Source: Amoebophrya sp. A120 (lineage: Eukaryota > Protista > Dinoflagellata). Taken from it: a stretch of 64,000 nucleotides of DNA. This document shows, piece after piece, positions 35,701 to 47,700 of the stretch. Both the position numbers and the translations under genes were made by a program. Numbering within the stretch: position 1 is the stretch's first letter; each line of letters opens with the position of its first letter. Under the pieces are notes generated by a model. It was given only the letters and a program-made list of their open reading frames with translations. It ran no database searches and was not told the origin of the DNA. The DNA is taken from the NCBI GenBank assembly GCA_905178155.1, contig CAJINV010000015.1, positions 581,309 through 645,308 of the forward strand. Reading direction: 5' to 3'.

Positions 35701-38700
35701 TCACGGTGATAGGGATTTCGACGCCCCGGACCTTGGTCTTCCGCGCCGCCGCAGTGTTCAGCCAGAACTCCGAGTTGACCCCCTCAATGTCCTTTTGTTC
35801 GTAAAACTCGCTGTCCAGACGAATGTTCTCCATGGACACCTTCGTCGTGATCTTGCTGCTCATCATGGAGTGCACCTCAAAAAAATCGAGGGTGGAGCAG
35901 GCCACCGCCTTCTCCTCCAGGTCGGTCAACAACTTCTTGTTCTCATCCCGCAACCGTTGCAACTCCGCCTTCTCATCGTTGTGCGCCTTCTCGATCTCCG
36001 TCGCCATTTCCATCTGCACGCTGTCGTCGTTGGAGTTGTTCCGCTTGATTTGTTTCTTCTTCGCCTCCTTGTTTTTCAGGATCGTCGCCCGCAGCTTCGA
36101 GTACTTGGATTCGCAGTCGTTAATCTGCCGGGTCAGCGCAGTTGTCGCCAACTTCCCCTGCTTGGTGTAGTACTTCTCCTCCACGTTCTCACACTTGCCC
36201 ACGATCGCGCACTGCTTGTTGTCCAACATCTGAAACGCGCCGGCATTGGCGTAATCCAGCCGCACCACCGTCTTCGCCACCAAGTTACCGCAGGCAATGA
36301 CCGGCGCGTTGAGCAGCTTGATCTGGGTCATGCCCTTGAAGGCCTGGGGGGTAATTTCCATCAACTTCGAAATCGGCGCGAGGATGAGACTGAGCCAGCC
36401 ACCCTGCTTGTTCTGCTCCTGTGCCCGGGCCTTCGACAACTTCCACGTTTCGGGGTAGGCCAGGCCACAGTCCTCCGGGGTTAGCCCCACGACGGTTTTG
36501 GTCTGCAGGTCGGTCAACTTCAGGTTGTCGCGGTCCTGTGGTCGATGAAGTGGGTTGTTGTGAGAAGGGCGACATCAGATGGCTCTACCTCTACGCATGA
36601 CAAATTCTAAATCTTCTCCTTCAAAATCAAAATTGCAAAAATATTTTAACGATGAGATTCCACGAGTCCAAAAAAAAGCAAGCAGCTATACCGTCCACAC
36701 CAACGCCTCCCGGTCCTCGTCCCACTGCTTTCCGGTCTTCGCGTTTCTGATCATCTCGGCGATGATGTGTACGAGAATTAAGTTCTTTTGTATCCAGAAG
36801 AAATAAAAAAAGAGATCAAGGTTGGGCGGGAAGTGTGCATGACAGATTTTTTTTTGGATACAAACAGACTTATTCTGCATGACAAACTTTAACTTTTACT
36901 GTGCATGATCATGATTTTGCATGACAGACTGCGACTGGAGTTGGAACATCTTCACGCGATCGCGATAAAAATTTTGCATGACAGATTTGCTGAACATATA
37001 TTCTATCTTCCCCTGCGTCGACCTTGTTCTCATTATACTCACTGCCATACGCTCCTGGACTCGCTCCGACATTCGGGTGCCCGCAGCTTCGTCTGGCCGC
37101 AGGTAGTTGTTCCGCACCAGCTTGACGATCGCTGTCATTTCCTCCACCCCGATTTTAATTCCCTTCACCCCCGCGTACAACTCCGTCTTCACAAACCCGT
37201 CCTGGCCGCACCACAGCTGCAACCACGCAGACGCCGAGTAATCCTTCACCGGGGGCGTTTGGTACTGGAGCTTGACAGCGTATTCATGAGCAAAGCAGGC
37301 GAATTGGTTCACGCTGGTTGGTGCGGTTCGAATTTGACAAGACCAACTGCAGAGCACACAGTGATCTGCAGGTGGTAAGCACCATCTTGCACAAAAATTA
37401 ATACAGACAAATTCCGGACCAACTCTGTTGAAGCAAAACACCAACGTCTGCGCCATACAACGCGGATGACGGAGCTGTGGCGAGATGTAATGTGGGGTGG
37501 GGAGTGCGTCGTGCTTTTTGTGATGCATTACGGCACTATGCAAAGCAAATCTGTCATGCGTAGAAAGCAGCACACTACCTGATGAACTGGGCATACTTGG
37601 ACTCGTCGTTCCTCGTGGAATACCGCCGCATAAAATGCGGCCAATTGGTCGACAGCCTGGTCAACAGCTTACCCAGGTACAAGAGCTCGGTAATTTCGTA
37701 GTGATTGCGCGTGGCAATGCAATAGGTCTGTTTTCGGAACGTAAATAGAAATAGGATCAGAATTTCTCATGCAGTTTTCGAAATTAATAGGATCAGAATT
37801 TCTCATGCAATTTCCTCAGGCGAATTAAACAACAACCAGAAGCGATCACAAAGACCATCGATACCCGATAAAAATCCAGCTCCTCCTGGGGGGTGGGTTT
37901 GTGCTTCAGCGTTGCCTTGTGCTTGTTCCAAGCTTTCTCGATCTGGAATGTGAAAGAAGTGCTTTGCTATTTTGCTAACTTCCAAAAACAAAACCCAAAA
38001 ACAGCTCGCATTAGTCACGTCATCATCTTCGCACTAGTCACGTAAAGCAATTTTTTTTCCTAAGTCTTGATTGCCACCGCGCTGATCGACATCCGCGATT
38101 TTGCAAAACCAGCAATAAGGACTAGCACCTGCAGAACAACAACAAAGGCCAAACGATGGCGCGCAAGAGCAGTAAAAGCCAAACCAAGAAGAGCGGGGCA
38201 AAGGCTGCGCAGAAGGCAGCGGCGGGCAAAAAACTGCAGGCGAGGCCGACAGGGCATGGCAAAGAAAACGCAGCGGATGGGGAAGAGCGCAGCGGTTCCC
38301 TGAGTATGTGCGACGCCCGTCGATTTGCAGACCAACTCGCAAAATCAGCAGGGCGGAAAAAGAAGGCCGGCGAGGCCTACAAGCTTTGCTGGCTCCTGCA
38401 ATGTTTCACGGGGCGGAGGGGCATCGACGTTCGCTCCCTCACCCTCGCGGACGTCGAGCCGGGGCGGGTGCGCATCGGAAACAGTAAGCTGGCAAAGCAA
38501 CCAAACGGCCGCGGCCACCTGAAATGGGTGCCCATCGATCCGGCGAAAGCAACGGCCACCTTCATAAGAAACCAGCTCGCGCAGATGCGCGAGGACGGAA
38601 AAAAGGCGGGCGATAAGATTTTCAATTTTGGATATGAGGCGTTCGAGCTGAAGGTGAGGCAGGTTCGCCAAACCTTCAAAACCCGGAACGCCCTCTCCTG

Positions 38701-41700
38701 CCCCGCGACGCTGATTACGTCCCACACGCCAAGGCGATCCCTGGCGTCCCACCTGTTTCGCAACAGTGTCGCGCTATCAACGATTCAACAGATTACTGGC
38801 CACGCATCTGTTGCGACCCTGATGAGATACATCAACGCGGACTACAGTTTTCAGCTGCAGGCCGCTTCGCTCGTCAAAATTTGATAAGAAACAAAACGCA
38901 AAAAGGATTTAATTTACCATGGGAAAAAGTACGAGCACTTTCTCAGCCGTAGTGGCTTCCATCCCGGTAACACCCTCGTTTTTACAATTAATGTAAGTGT
39001 CGAGAAGTCGACTGAACTCTGGCTGGTCGAGTCGTTCATCCAAGATGTTGCACCTTGGTTGTTTTTTATTTTTGTCATGCGGATCATAGGCATCTCCCTG
39101 TGAACCACCATGATACTGCGCAACTACCATGGGGAAACCGTTAACCCTATTAATCTTACAGTAAGACCGTGTCTGGGAATTTGAATGTAAAAAAATTTCA
39201 AAAACAGATGCAATACACGAGCCCGATTTTGAACGCACGGTCCCCATACTTCGCATGGAAACGGAGGAGCGCCTGAATGCTGTGATTACCGGACACCGGG
39301 CGGAGCTTGCCCTTCGACCGGAGCAGGAAGATTTCTGGAAGGTGTTATTTTTTCAAATCTGTAATGCTGTTCATTTCGAATAGAAGAGTGGCTGCATGAT
39401 GCTTTTCAACTTTTATCTGCTATGAGAATTTGTCATGCGGAAACGATTTGAAAACAGGTAAAGTACTGGCGGTGTTGTAAAAATTCCCCTTCACCATGTG
39501 GCCGAACAACTCGATCATCCACGATAACTTCCGCAACAGGTTCTTCGCGTGCATCGCGATCATGGTGAGAATCGTAGCGGTGATGAGGATATCACCGGGC
39601 TGCGTGCGGTCGTAGCACCGGTCCTCGACGAAGTCGATAAGCTGCTGCTGATTTTCCAACTCCCCGGCGTCCTTCTTCCGGAGCAGCTCGTCCGCTTCTT
39701 CTTTCGTTGGAAAGGTAGTAGGGGTTATTTCTACTTTTTCCTTGTTGGCTTCTTGCTCGTCGGACTCCAATTTGGGCCCGCCCGGAAGGAGCATATCCTT
39801 CAAAGCCTCACCGGCGTGCATGATTTTTGCAGTTTTTTTCTAGTGTGTGCAACGCCTGAAAAATTACAAAACACTCATAAAATGCTACTACTCTATCTGC
39901 TGAAGGCGTCTTTCGAAGCATGCAATCTCGCAAATCATCAACAGGTAAGAGCACATCAAAGACGGAAAATTCAAGGCCCGAAACAGTTCTTCAAGTGGTC
40001 ACGACAGGTCCCAGAGAGAGGTATTTGCATTGGAATGAATGCTGTCCAACATAGATTTTTCTGTGAATTTCACATGTTTTTCCAAGTCGCAAAAAATAGG
40101 CGAATCAAGAATCTTGGTTTTTTCCTAGATTTTTTTTCCGCGAATGGACAATTCTTGGCCAGAACCTGGCTTTTTGGCGAAGAATTGGCCAAACGGAGGA
40201 AAAAAATCAAGGAAAAAACCAAGATTCTTGATTTGGTGATTTTTGGAGGTCGTGAAAACTCATCAACTTCTCGCTAAAAAAAGGCTACCCGCGCCTCGAT
40301 CTCATCATTAATTTAGTGGTGGAGAGTTACATTCTACGACCCAACGAACGCGGAACACACGACGAAAAAACGCAAAACGAAGCCGATTTCATGGCGAGCG
40401 CAACAACGTAGGAGGCTGGTACTAGCTGTTTTATAGAAGCACTCCACGCAGTCCACTCTACATTTTTACTACTATGAAACGCCTCAAACGTTATGTCTCG
40501 GAGCAGTCGAACCGCCACTGCTACGTTCCAAAACCGAATAAACAAGCGGAGCCAAAGTTGTACTAAAATTATACAAGAAAATGCTTTGAGCCAGAGCCGG
40601 CTAAGAAACAAACTAAAAGATCACGCACCTGTGCACAAACATCAGTTGTCTTCATCACTTGACTCCTCACTGTCACTACCATCCTCCACCATCTTGCTGT
40701 ACTTCGCGGTGCTTTGAATGTACTGCTGTATCACCTGCCAGGATGCTTGCTCCTCAGCATCAGTGACATCCGGAAGGGGTTCGTTTTTGNNNNNNNNNNN
40801 NNNNNNNNNNNNNNNNNNNNNNNNNNNNNNNNNNNNNNNNNNNNNNNNNNNNNNNNNNNNNNNNNNNNNNNNNNNNNNNNNNNNNNNNNCGCAAAAAATA
40901 GGCGAATCAAGAATCTTGGTTTTTTCCTAGATTTTTTTTCCGCGAATGGACAATTCTTGGCCAGAACCTGGCTTTTTGGCGAAGAATTGGCCAAACGGAG
41001 GAAAAAAATCAAGGAAAAAACCAAGATTCTTGATTTGGTGATTTTTGGAGGTCGTGAAAACTCATCAACTTCTCGCTAAAAAAAGGCTACCCGCGCCTCG
41101 ATCTCATCATTAATTTAGTGGTGGAGAGTTACATTCTACGACCCAACGAACGCGGAACACACGACGAAAAAACGCAAAACGAAGCCGATTTCATGGCGAG
41201 CGCAACAACGTAGGAGGCTGGTACTAGCTGTTTTATAGAAGCACTCCACGCAGTCCACTCTACATTTTTACTACTATGAAACGCCTCAAACGTTATGTCT
41301 CGGAGCAGTCGAACCGCCACTGCTACGTTCCAAAACCGAATAAACAAGCGGAGCCAAAGTTGTACTAAAATTATACAAGAAAATGCTTTGAGCCAGAGCC
41401 GGCTAAGAAACAAACTAAAAGATCACGCACCTGTGCACAAACATCAGTTGTCTTCATCACTTGACTCCTCACTGTCACTACCATCCTCCACCATCTTGCT
41501 GTACTTCGCGGTGCTTTGAATGTACTGCTGTATCACCTGCCAGGATGCTTGCTCCTCAGCATCAGTGACATCCGGAAGGGGTTCGTTTTTGTATTCGCAC
41601 ATCTGTCCGCAGAGCTCCCTGCGGGCCCGCGCGATTGATTCCCGGTCCAACATCCTCCCCGTAGTTACCCTGGAAAAATTCACATCCTCCAAACTAGTCA

Positions 41701-44700
41701 AACCGCCACCACGAACCTTGCGGCGAAACCGGATCGGAATTTTTCCCGACCAGTTGCTGTTCTCCGGTCGGAAGATGATGTACAAATTTTCCAGCAGGGA
41801 GGAGTGCTTTTTTTCTGGCACTGCGTCAAACATGTTGTAGTTCTTCCAAGGGTCCTCGCGCTCGGTGCGCGACGATGCGGCTTTAGAAAAGGAGGCCCCC
41901 TTGACATCCTTGTTCTTCGCCGATTCCGCATTCCGCACAACAACATCGGCCCGGAGGTACTCTTTTGCCTGCCAGCGGTTTTTGTCGACGACGACATACA
42001 GCTGCTTGTCGTCCATCGTCCAGGAAAAATGCGCCGTGGGGTTTGAGTGCCATTTGAACATCTTCGTGAGCGTGGTCGGGGCGGGACGGGATGTCCAGTG
42101 GGCGACCGTTTTCACCGAAGGCTGCGCAAGCTGCACCGGGTATCGCTCGCACTCTCTTCCTGCGATGGTAAAAACATCCTTGAGCGGGCCGCATGCTAAC
42201 AACCATCCCCGCTGCTTCTTTGTCCTGAAGCACAAGTAGGGAAACTCCGGGTCTGGGTTGCGGCCCGTCGGAACGCGCACGACGAGATCACCAGTCTTCA
42301 CGTAGGTCATTATGTTGACCTTCGACCCGATGTGCCACTTCAACGTGGCGGGAACGTCGAAGAAGTTCTTCACAAGCTCCGGAACGACTGTAGCACCATG
42401 CTGACCAAGGGGACCACCGACACGGCCGGGCTGCTTCACCGCTGTGTTCTCGCTGTAGTCGGCCTGCGCATGCAGTGCGTGCTCGAGTGTTGGGTGGACG
42501 TACTCCCGGTCGTTCACCTTTTCCAAATCCACGAGCACCTGGTTCTCAACCACCATCTCCTCCTCCATCCCGAAAAGGTCATCTTCCTCCGCCTCGTTGC
42601 CACCCGGCGCCGCAAGTCCGCGCACCTGCCGCGCACGCTTAGCAGCCTGCTTCCCCTTTTCGTCTTTCGCGGTCGCAAATCTGTTGTCGCACAACTTCCG
42701 CACAAGTTCTCTGTTTTCCTTGTACTCGCTGAAGGACATGCTGAGCTCGTCGCCGATTTGTGCGCGAATCCCTGCGCGCGTGCACCCGAGATTTGGCGCG
42801 ACCCGTTTGTTGTTGGTGGTAGTACTGTGTCGCGCTTCTGTGACCTGCGACGACGAAACCATGAGGGGCACCAAGGGGCCGACGATCTCCTGTAGCCGGG
42901 CCGACATCGCTCCGCCGTTTGCGACCTGTTCAAGATCGGTCTTGTGCGGGATCTGGATCCAATTGAGAAAACAATCGCAGTCATCTTTGGGCAGGAGGAG
43001 CAACAACTGTGCTGATTTTTTCGCCGTATCGTCCACCGTGTCCTGCAGCCCTCGCAACAAATTCGGATACGTCCAGAGCGTCTTCTCCCGCGTCGGCAGC
43101 CGGATGAAAACATTCAACAGCAACAGCATCCCCGTGGTATCTCCCGGCCTTGTCAGCATGTGGTTCTCGATGGCCCGGAGCAGCTCGGTCTTTGTTTTGG
43201 GTTTGTGGCAGTGGTGCGCCATCTCCGCCAGTCGGACATTGGTGTAGACCTGTTTCAAGTCGGCCTTCAGCCGGTTGCTCTGCGACGAGACGATGGTTAA
43301 AGCGGCGCGAGCAGATTCACACGTTGACCAAAACGCCGGGTCCGCTGCGGACTTTTTCGCCGCTTTAGCCGTTGCGCGGTTTTCTTCTTTTTTGTTTTTT
43401 GGTTCCAGGTTCCGCAGGAGCTGCTGTATCTGGGTGCGGTTTTTCAACAAATCCTCAACACAGTCCGAGAACGTCTGCCACCGGTGGGACTGATACTCCC
43501 GGATCGCCATGTGCTGCGGATCCCCGGTCTCCGGCCCCCAAAAGTGAATCGCTTTTTGCAATTTCCCGACCTCCCCAACAAACCCGTCCCGCATGGAGTT
43601 CAAAACCTGGAGATGCTCGCCGTCCAAAAGCGAGTACTGGTGGTGCAAGCATACGAGCTGGACCACGAATGTTTGGATCAGGAGGCCGCTTTTTTGCCCC
43701 CGCGCCTTTTGCTCCTTGCGTTTGACGTTCAGCGCCCTGCTGCACGTGCGCAAAACGTTCATCGCCTTGACGACATCGCTGCCGCAGTCTGTGCAGCTGA
43801 TTATCACCAGCAAGGGGTCCGACGGGAAGTCATCCACCGTCGATCCCGGCATGGGGATCAGATCCGCGAGCAAGTGGTACAACTCGCATAGGTACGAAAG
43901 ATAACCACGCGCAACGGAGCCGTGCTTCGTCGGTGGCGGCACAAATGTTTTCACAACCGGAACCCCGTCCACCATTCGCACCAACGTGACGTCGACCGCC
44001 AGAAGCTCGGCAGAGCGGAAATCGGTCGCGTCGGGAGCTATGCGGACCACAACGAGCGGTCGCAACAACTTCGGAACCTGATCAAGCTTCGCCTCCTTTT
44101 TCGCAAGGTGTTCTGCCAACTTCGAATCCGCCTCCAGACGCATCTCACCCAGGAATCGCCCGTTGAAAACAAAAGGCTGCCAGTACTTCTGCCCCTTCGG
44201 GTTAATGTCCGTGTCGAAGATGCAGTGAAGGTCGCGCTTGGTCCGCATGTCGTAACACTTCCCGGCCAGGACCTCACTCCGCTCTGCCATCTTCCGATAC
44301 GTGTCGAGCAGCTGCTTCATGTAATCGTCCGCGCGCTGCTTCTCCGCCTTCGCTTCGTCGTGTGATTTGTTGTTTCCCAGGATGTTGAGTTTCTGCCGCT
44401 TCGCGGCTCCACCAGCTAAAGCCAACTCGCCACCACTCTCACCGCACCCCAACTCAAAAACCCTGCTTCCCGTCGGCGCTAGCATCTCCATGGTGCCGAG
44501 CACGTTGAACCTCGTCTTCTGCGTGACAATTTCGGAAAAGCCCCAAAGCTTCTGCAGTAGCGCGATCTTCTTTGTTGATGTTCCAGTACTTGTCCCGACC
44601 ACGTACTGCAAGTACTCATTTCTTTCCTTCCTGGTTTCCAATTTTTCAAATTCGGTTTGGGAGTAGTGGGCCTCGAATTCAGCCCAGACGGAGCGACGCT

Positions 44701-47700
44701 GCGCCTGTCGAAGCCGGTTTGAGTTTCATTGATTAGTAGCTCTAGCTGGAAACGGAATTATGCAGACGAGATGGATGGGAACTAGTACTAGATGTAGAGA
44801 CGCGAGCTGCATGACAAATTCAAAAAGCAGACTTGATTTTGAAAATCTAATGACGAATAGATCTAACTGTAACTGTAACCCTAAACCACAACCAGGCACC
44901 TCTCCCGTCCCATCTTCGTCATCCACTTTGCTGTTGGGGCCTCGCTTCGGCCGCTTGCGACCTGTGGAACCAAGGTCGCAGTTGGGAATCTTCAAGCCGT
45001 GCCGCTCCTCCATTTGGGACAGAACGAACGAGCGGATGGAGGAAACGCTGGCCCATCTCGCCGTTACCGCGCCGCCCGCGGTTTTTGCCCGGCGGTTGTA
45101 TGTCCGCTGGAGACTTCTCTCGCACGGCGGAGCAGTTGTTCCCTCGCCCGTGGCGGCGATCTCCTCGAGCCTGGTAATGACCTCTACTACATCGCCCCAC
45201 CCATCGATGGATTCCACCAGTTCGCGCGCCTCGCCATAATCGCTTAGCACCTGGACCGTTTTCGAAGATGCGCCAAAAACTCCTTCGTCGCTACTGGATC
45301 CGCCGGCGTTCTGGTTTTCGTCGAGGCCAACATCGACGTCGATGTCGTCGATGCCTGGTATAAAAAGATTCGCGACGTCGTCCATCTCTATGCCGGGAGG
45401 AAAGCGGCGGTATAGCACGATAGGACGGAAGACACAATGCGCACGCAGGTAAGAGGACACGACTACGCCATTTTTTTTTTTCGGTCTTCGTCTTTTAATA
45501 TCGTGGTCGAAGTCGAAGCGATTGCATGTTTGTATTGCGTAAGAAATCAAAAGCAAGACCAAATATAAAAACAATAGGAAAAGTTGTTATGGGTTTCCAC
45601 ATAATCAAAGTCAGTTTTAATTTACAATAAAGGCAAGGCAGTGTCAATGTCAAATCTATCAATAATGAAGGGCGGCTCTCTTATTTTCGTTTATCGTTAT
45701 CGCATCAGAATCAAAATGAAAAAAAAAAACTACAGGTGCGAGGCTCGGGTGCATTTCGTGACAGCAGGATGGGGAATACTACTTACGCAATCAGCTTTAC
45801 ATTCATTAGCGACAACTATGTGCGACGACAACAACTCCCAGACAGACACTAGCGACGACCATGATGCTCCAGCTCCTGTACGAAAATTGTAACGACTTGA
45901 ACTCCAACCCCCCGAAAGAGAACAACCGAAGAAAACACGAGCCCCCCTTCATGATAACGAGGTCGATTTGCAGTCGAGACCGATGTGAGCTCTGCACGTG
46001 CACGAGCACTTCCCGAGGAAAAAACACAAGTGCGCCACATAGACCAACAACTACGCCACGACACACCTGTGGTCGCTGTCGGGCTACTACTGAAGATCAA
46101 GATTGTACGCACACAGCAGCAGCCGTGAATTGTCAGGGCGCGGTGGGATCACAATCACCAAAAAATGAAGACCTACGCACATGATACGACGGACTCGGGT
46201 AAACGTCGCGCTCGTGAACGAGATGAAAACTATTTTTGGTTCCATGAAACAAAGTCAAAGCGCAAGTGCTAGCGCACTTATCACTGCGCCACCTCAGATC
46301 TCAACCTCGTACGCCCTTCGCACCAGGGGAGAACGGAAGATCTTCCCGCACGGCCACAACCTGCTCTTCCAGTTCACCACATCCACAGCAGCGTCGCATT
46401 ACAAACCTCCCCGACCGGTCGCGATACCTGATGTTGTTAGTAGTGGCTGTTGCTGGCGAAGGAGATGGAAACTCAAAAACTTATGATGAACATTTGAACT
46501 GTTGGCATTACGCATGAGATTTGAAAAAATTACGAACGTGAAGAGCAAGGCGCTCCAACTTGTTTCTTCAACATGCATGCTCATTCGGTGCTTTATGCAA
46601 ACCATTTCCAGCAACAGACACTACCAACATCATCGGCATCTGTAATGCTAATTCCAATGCGGAGCAACAGCAATAAATCTTCCCTGAGCTGCCCGGCCAT
46701 GATGTGATCCGCTCCCGGTTTCTCATTATCAACAGGCCGGCCATGTTCCTGGTCCACTTCCAACTTCTTCGGACTTTCCCTATAGGCGAATCCTTGTGGT
46801 TCTGTATTAAACCACAAGTTTTGGTCGTATCCGCTCGTGCATGGCAAAAAAGTGCCTGAGATCTTTCAATGTGGTTGCTGATCTTCGCGGGCCGAGCAGA
46901 ATGATCGCGTTCAGAAATCCGAAAAGACCATCGTCTGCACTTCCGCGTCGCAGCTTCGTTGTTGTCGATTCCAGTCGTTGTCGGTCGGCCAAGCGGTATC
47001 GTCGCGTCGCCTCACACATCGGTTTCGAACAAAGCAAAAGCTACAAATCACGATTTTTCTTGGTTTTTTTGCTGTCCCGTTTTGCATTTTGTCCGTTCAT
47101 ATTTCAGTACCACGCAGGAACTGTCCAGGGCGTAGGAGAGCAGGTGGGACAGTTCCTCGTGGAGACAAGTGAAGAAGGTGAGTGGAGCGACTTCTGTGAG
47201 TAGACCGCTATCATTTGCTGTACTGTAGTCCTCTTCTCCGTTCTTGCCGTGATCTTTTTGCGCACCTGCTGTACTAGTACCGCCACCTTCATCCACCCTA
47301 GTAGAAGCGGCGGGGGCCCCGTGCTGGTGTAGCTGCCCGGCAGAATTACGTCCGCCAGATTGATGTTCCCGCAAGCACAGGCCGGCGACGATGTCCGAAA
47401 CTTTTGCCACAACCCGCTTAGAAGTACCAGACGATGATCCACCAGCTGCACGAGAAAAGGCGCTGGAAACTGTACAGCGTCCCTCACATATCATCAGGTT
47501 CTTGAGTAAAACCGGCGTGACAAACAATTTCAGCAAAAAGCACAAATCTTCGCTGTCCATCGTGAACAGTTCCATTGCTTTTCTGTTCAGCACCACAGTC
47601 TCAATCAGCTCCAGACAAAGCAACCGGGGCCACCGGACGGAGCACAGCCAAAATCCCGGCTTGGTTTGGAGAAAGTCCTGGTTTATTTCCTGAAACTGGG

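Larger units (their letters stand above)
34056..47101. mobile_element. 13-kb hAT-superfamily DNA transposon carrying a tyrosine recombinase and cargo ORFs, inserted in a MON2 exon
   Basis: 60-bp TIRs (34056-34115 / 47042-47101, one mismatch); 8-bp TSD tttcagta (34048-34055 / 47102-47109); internal hAT transposase ORF. Confidence 0.93.

Noticed and set aside
35198-36484. 428-aa plus-strand ORF, and similar antisense ORFs over the transposase and MON2 exons
   Set aside because: Shadow frames of GC3-rich minus-strand genes, with unnatural amino-acid composition.
36787-36864. Possible mini-introner tatcca...tggata inside the cargo gene
   Set aside because: No matching 5-bp direct repeat and only a short inverted repeat, so it was not called.
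40089-41590. Apparent LTR or tandem duplication of the transposase 3' end
   Set aside because: Identical sequence on both sides of a 100-N scaffold gap, typical of an unmerged contig overlap. The true element is probably ~800 bp shorter.
45861-46184. Cys-rich plus-strand ORF resembling a zinc finger upstream of the transposase
   Set aside because: Short, no recognisable BED or other finger spacing, and no codon-bias support.
34056-47101. Polinton-like virus, DIRS retrotransposon or Crypton interpretation
   Set aside because: No recognisable capsid, packaging ATPase, pPolB or reverse transcriptase. The 8-bp TSD, TIRs and DDE motif order fit hAT, and Cryptons typically lack TSDs.
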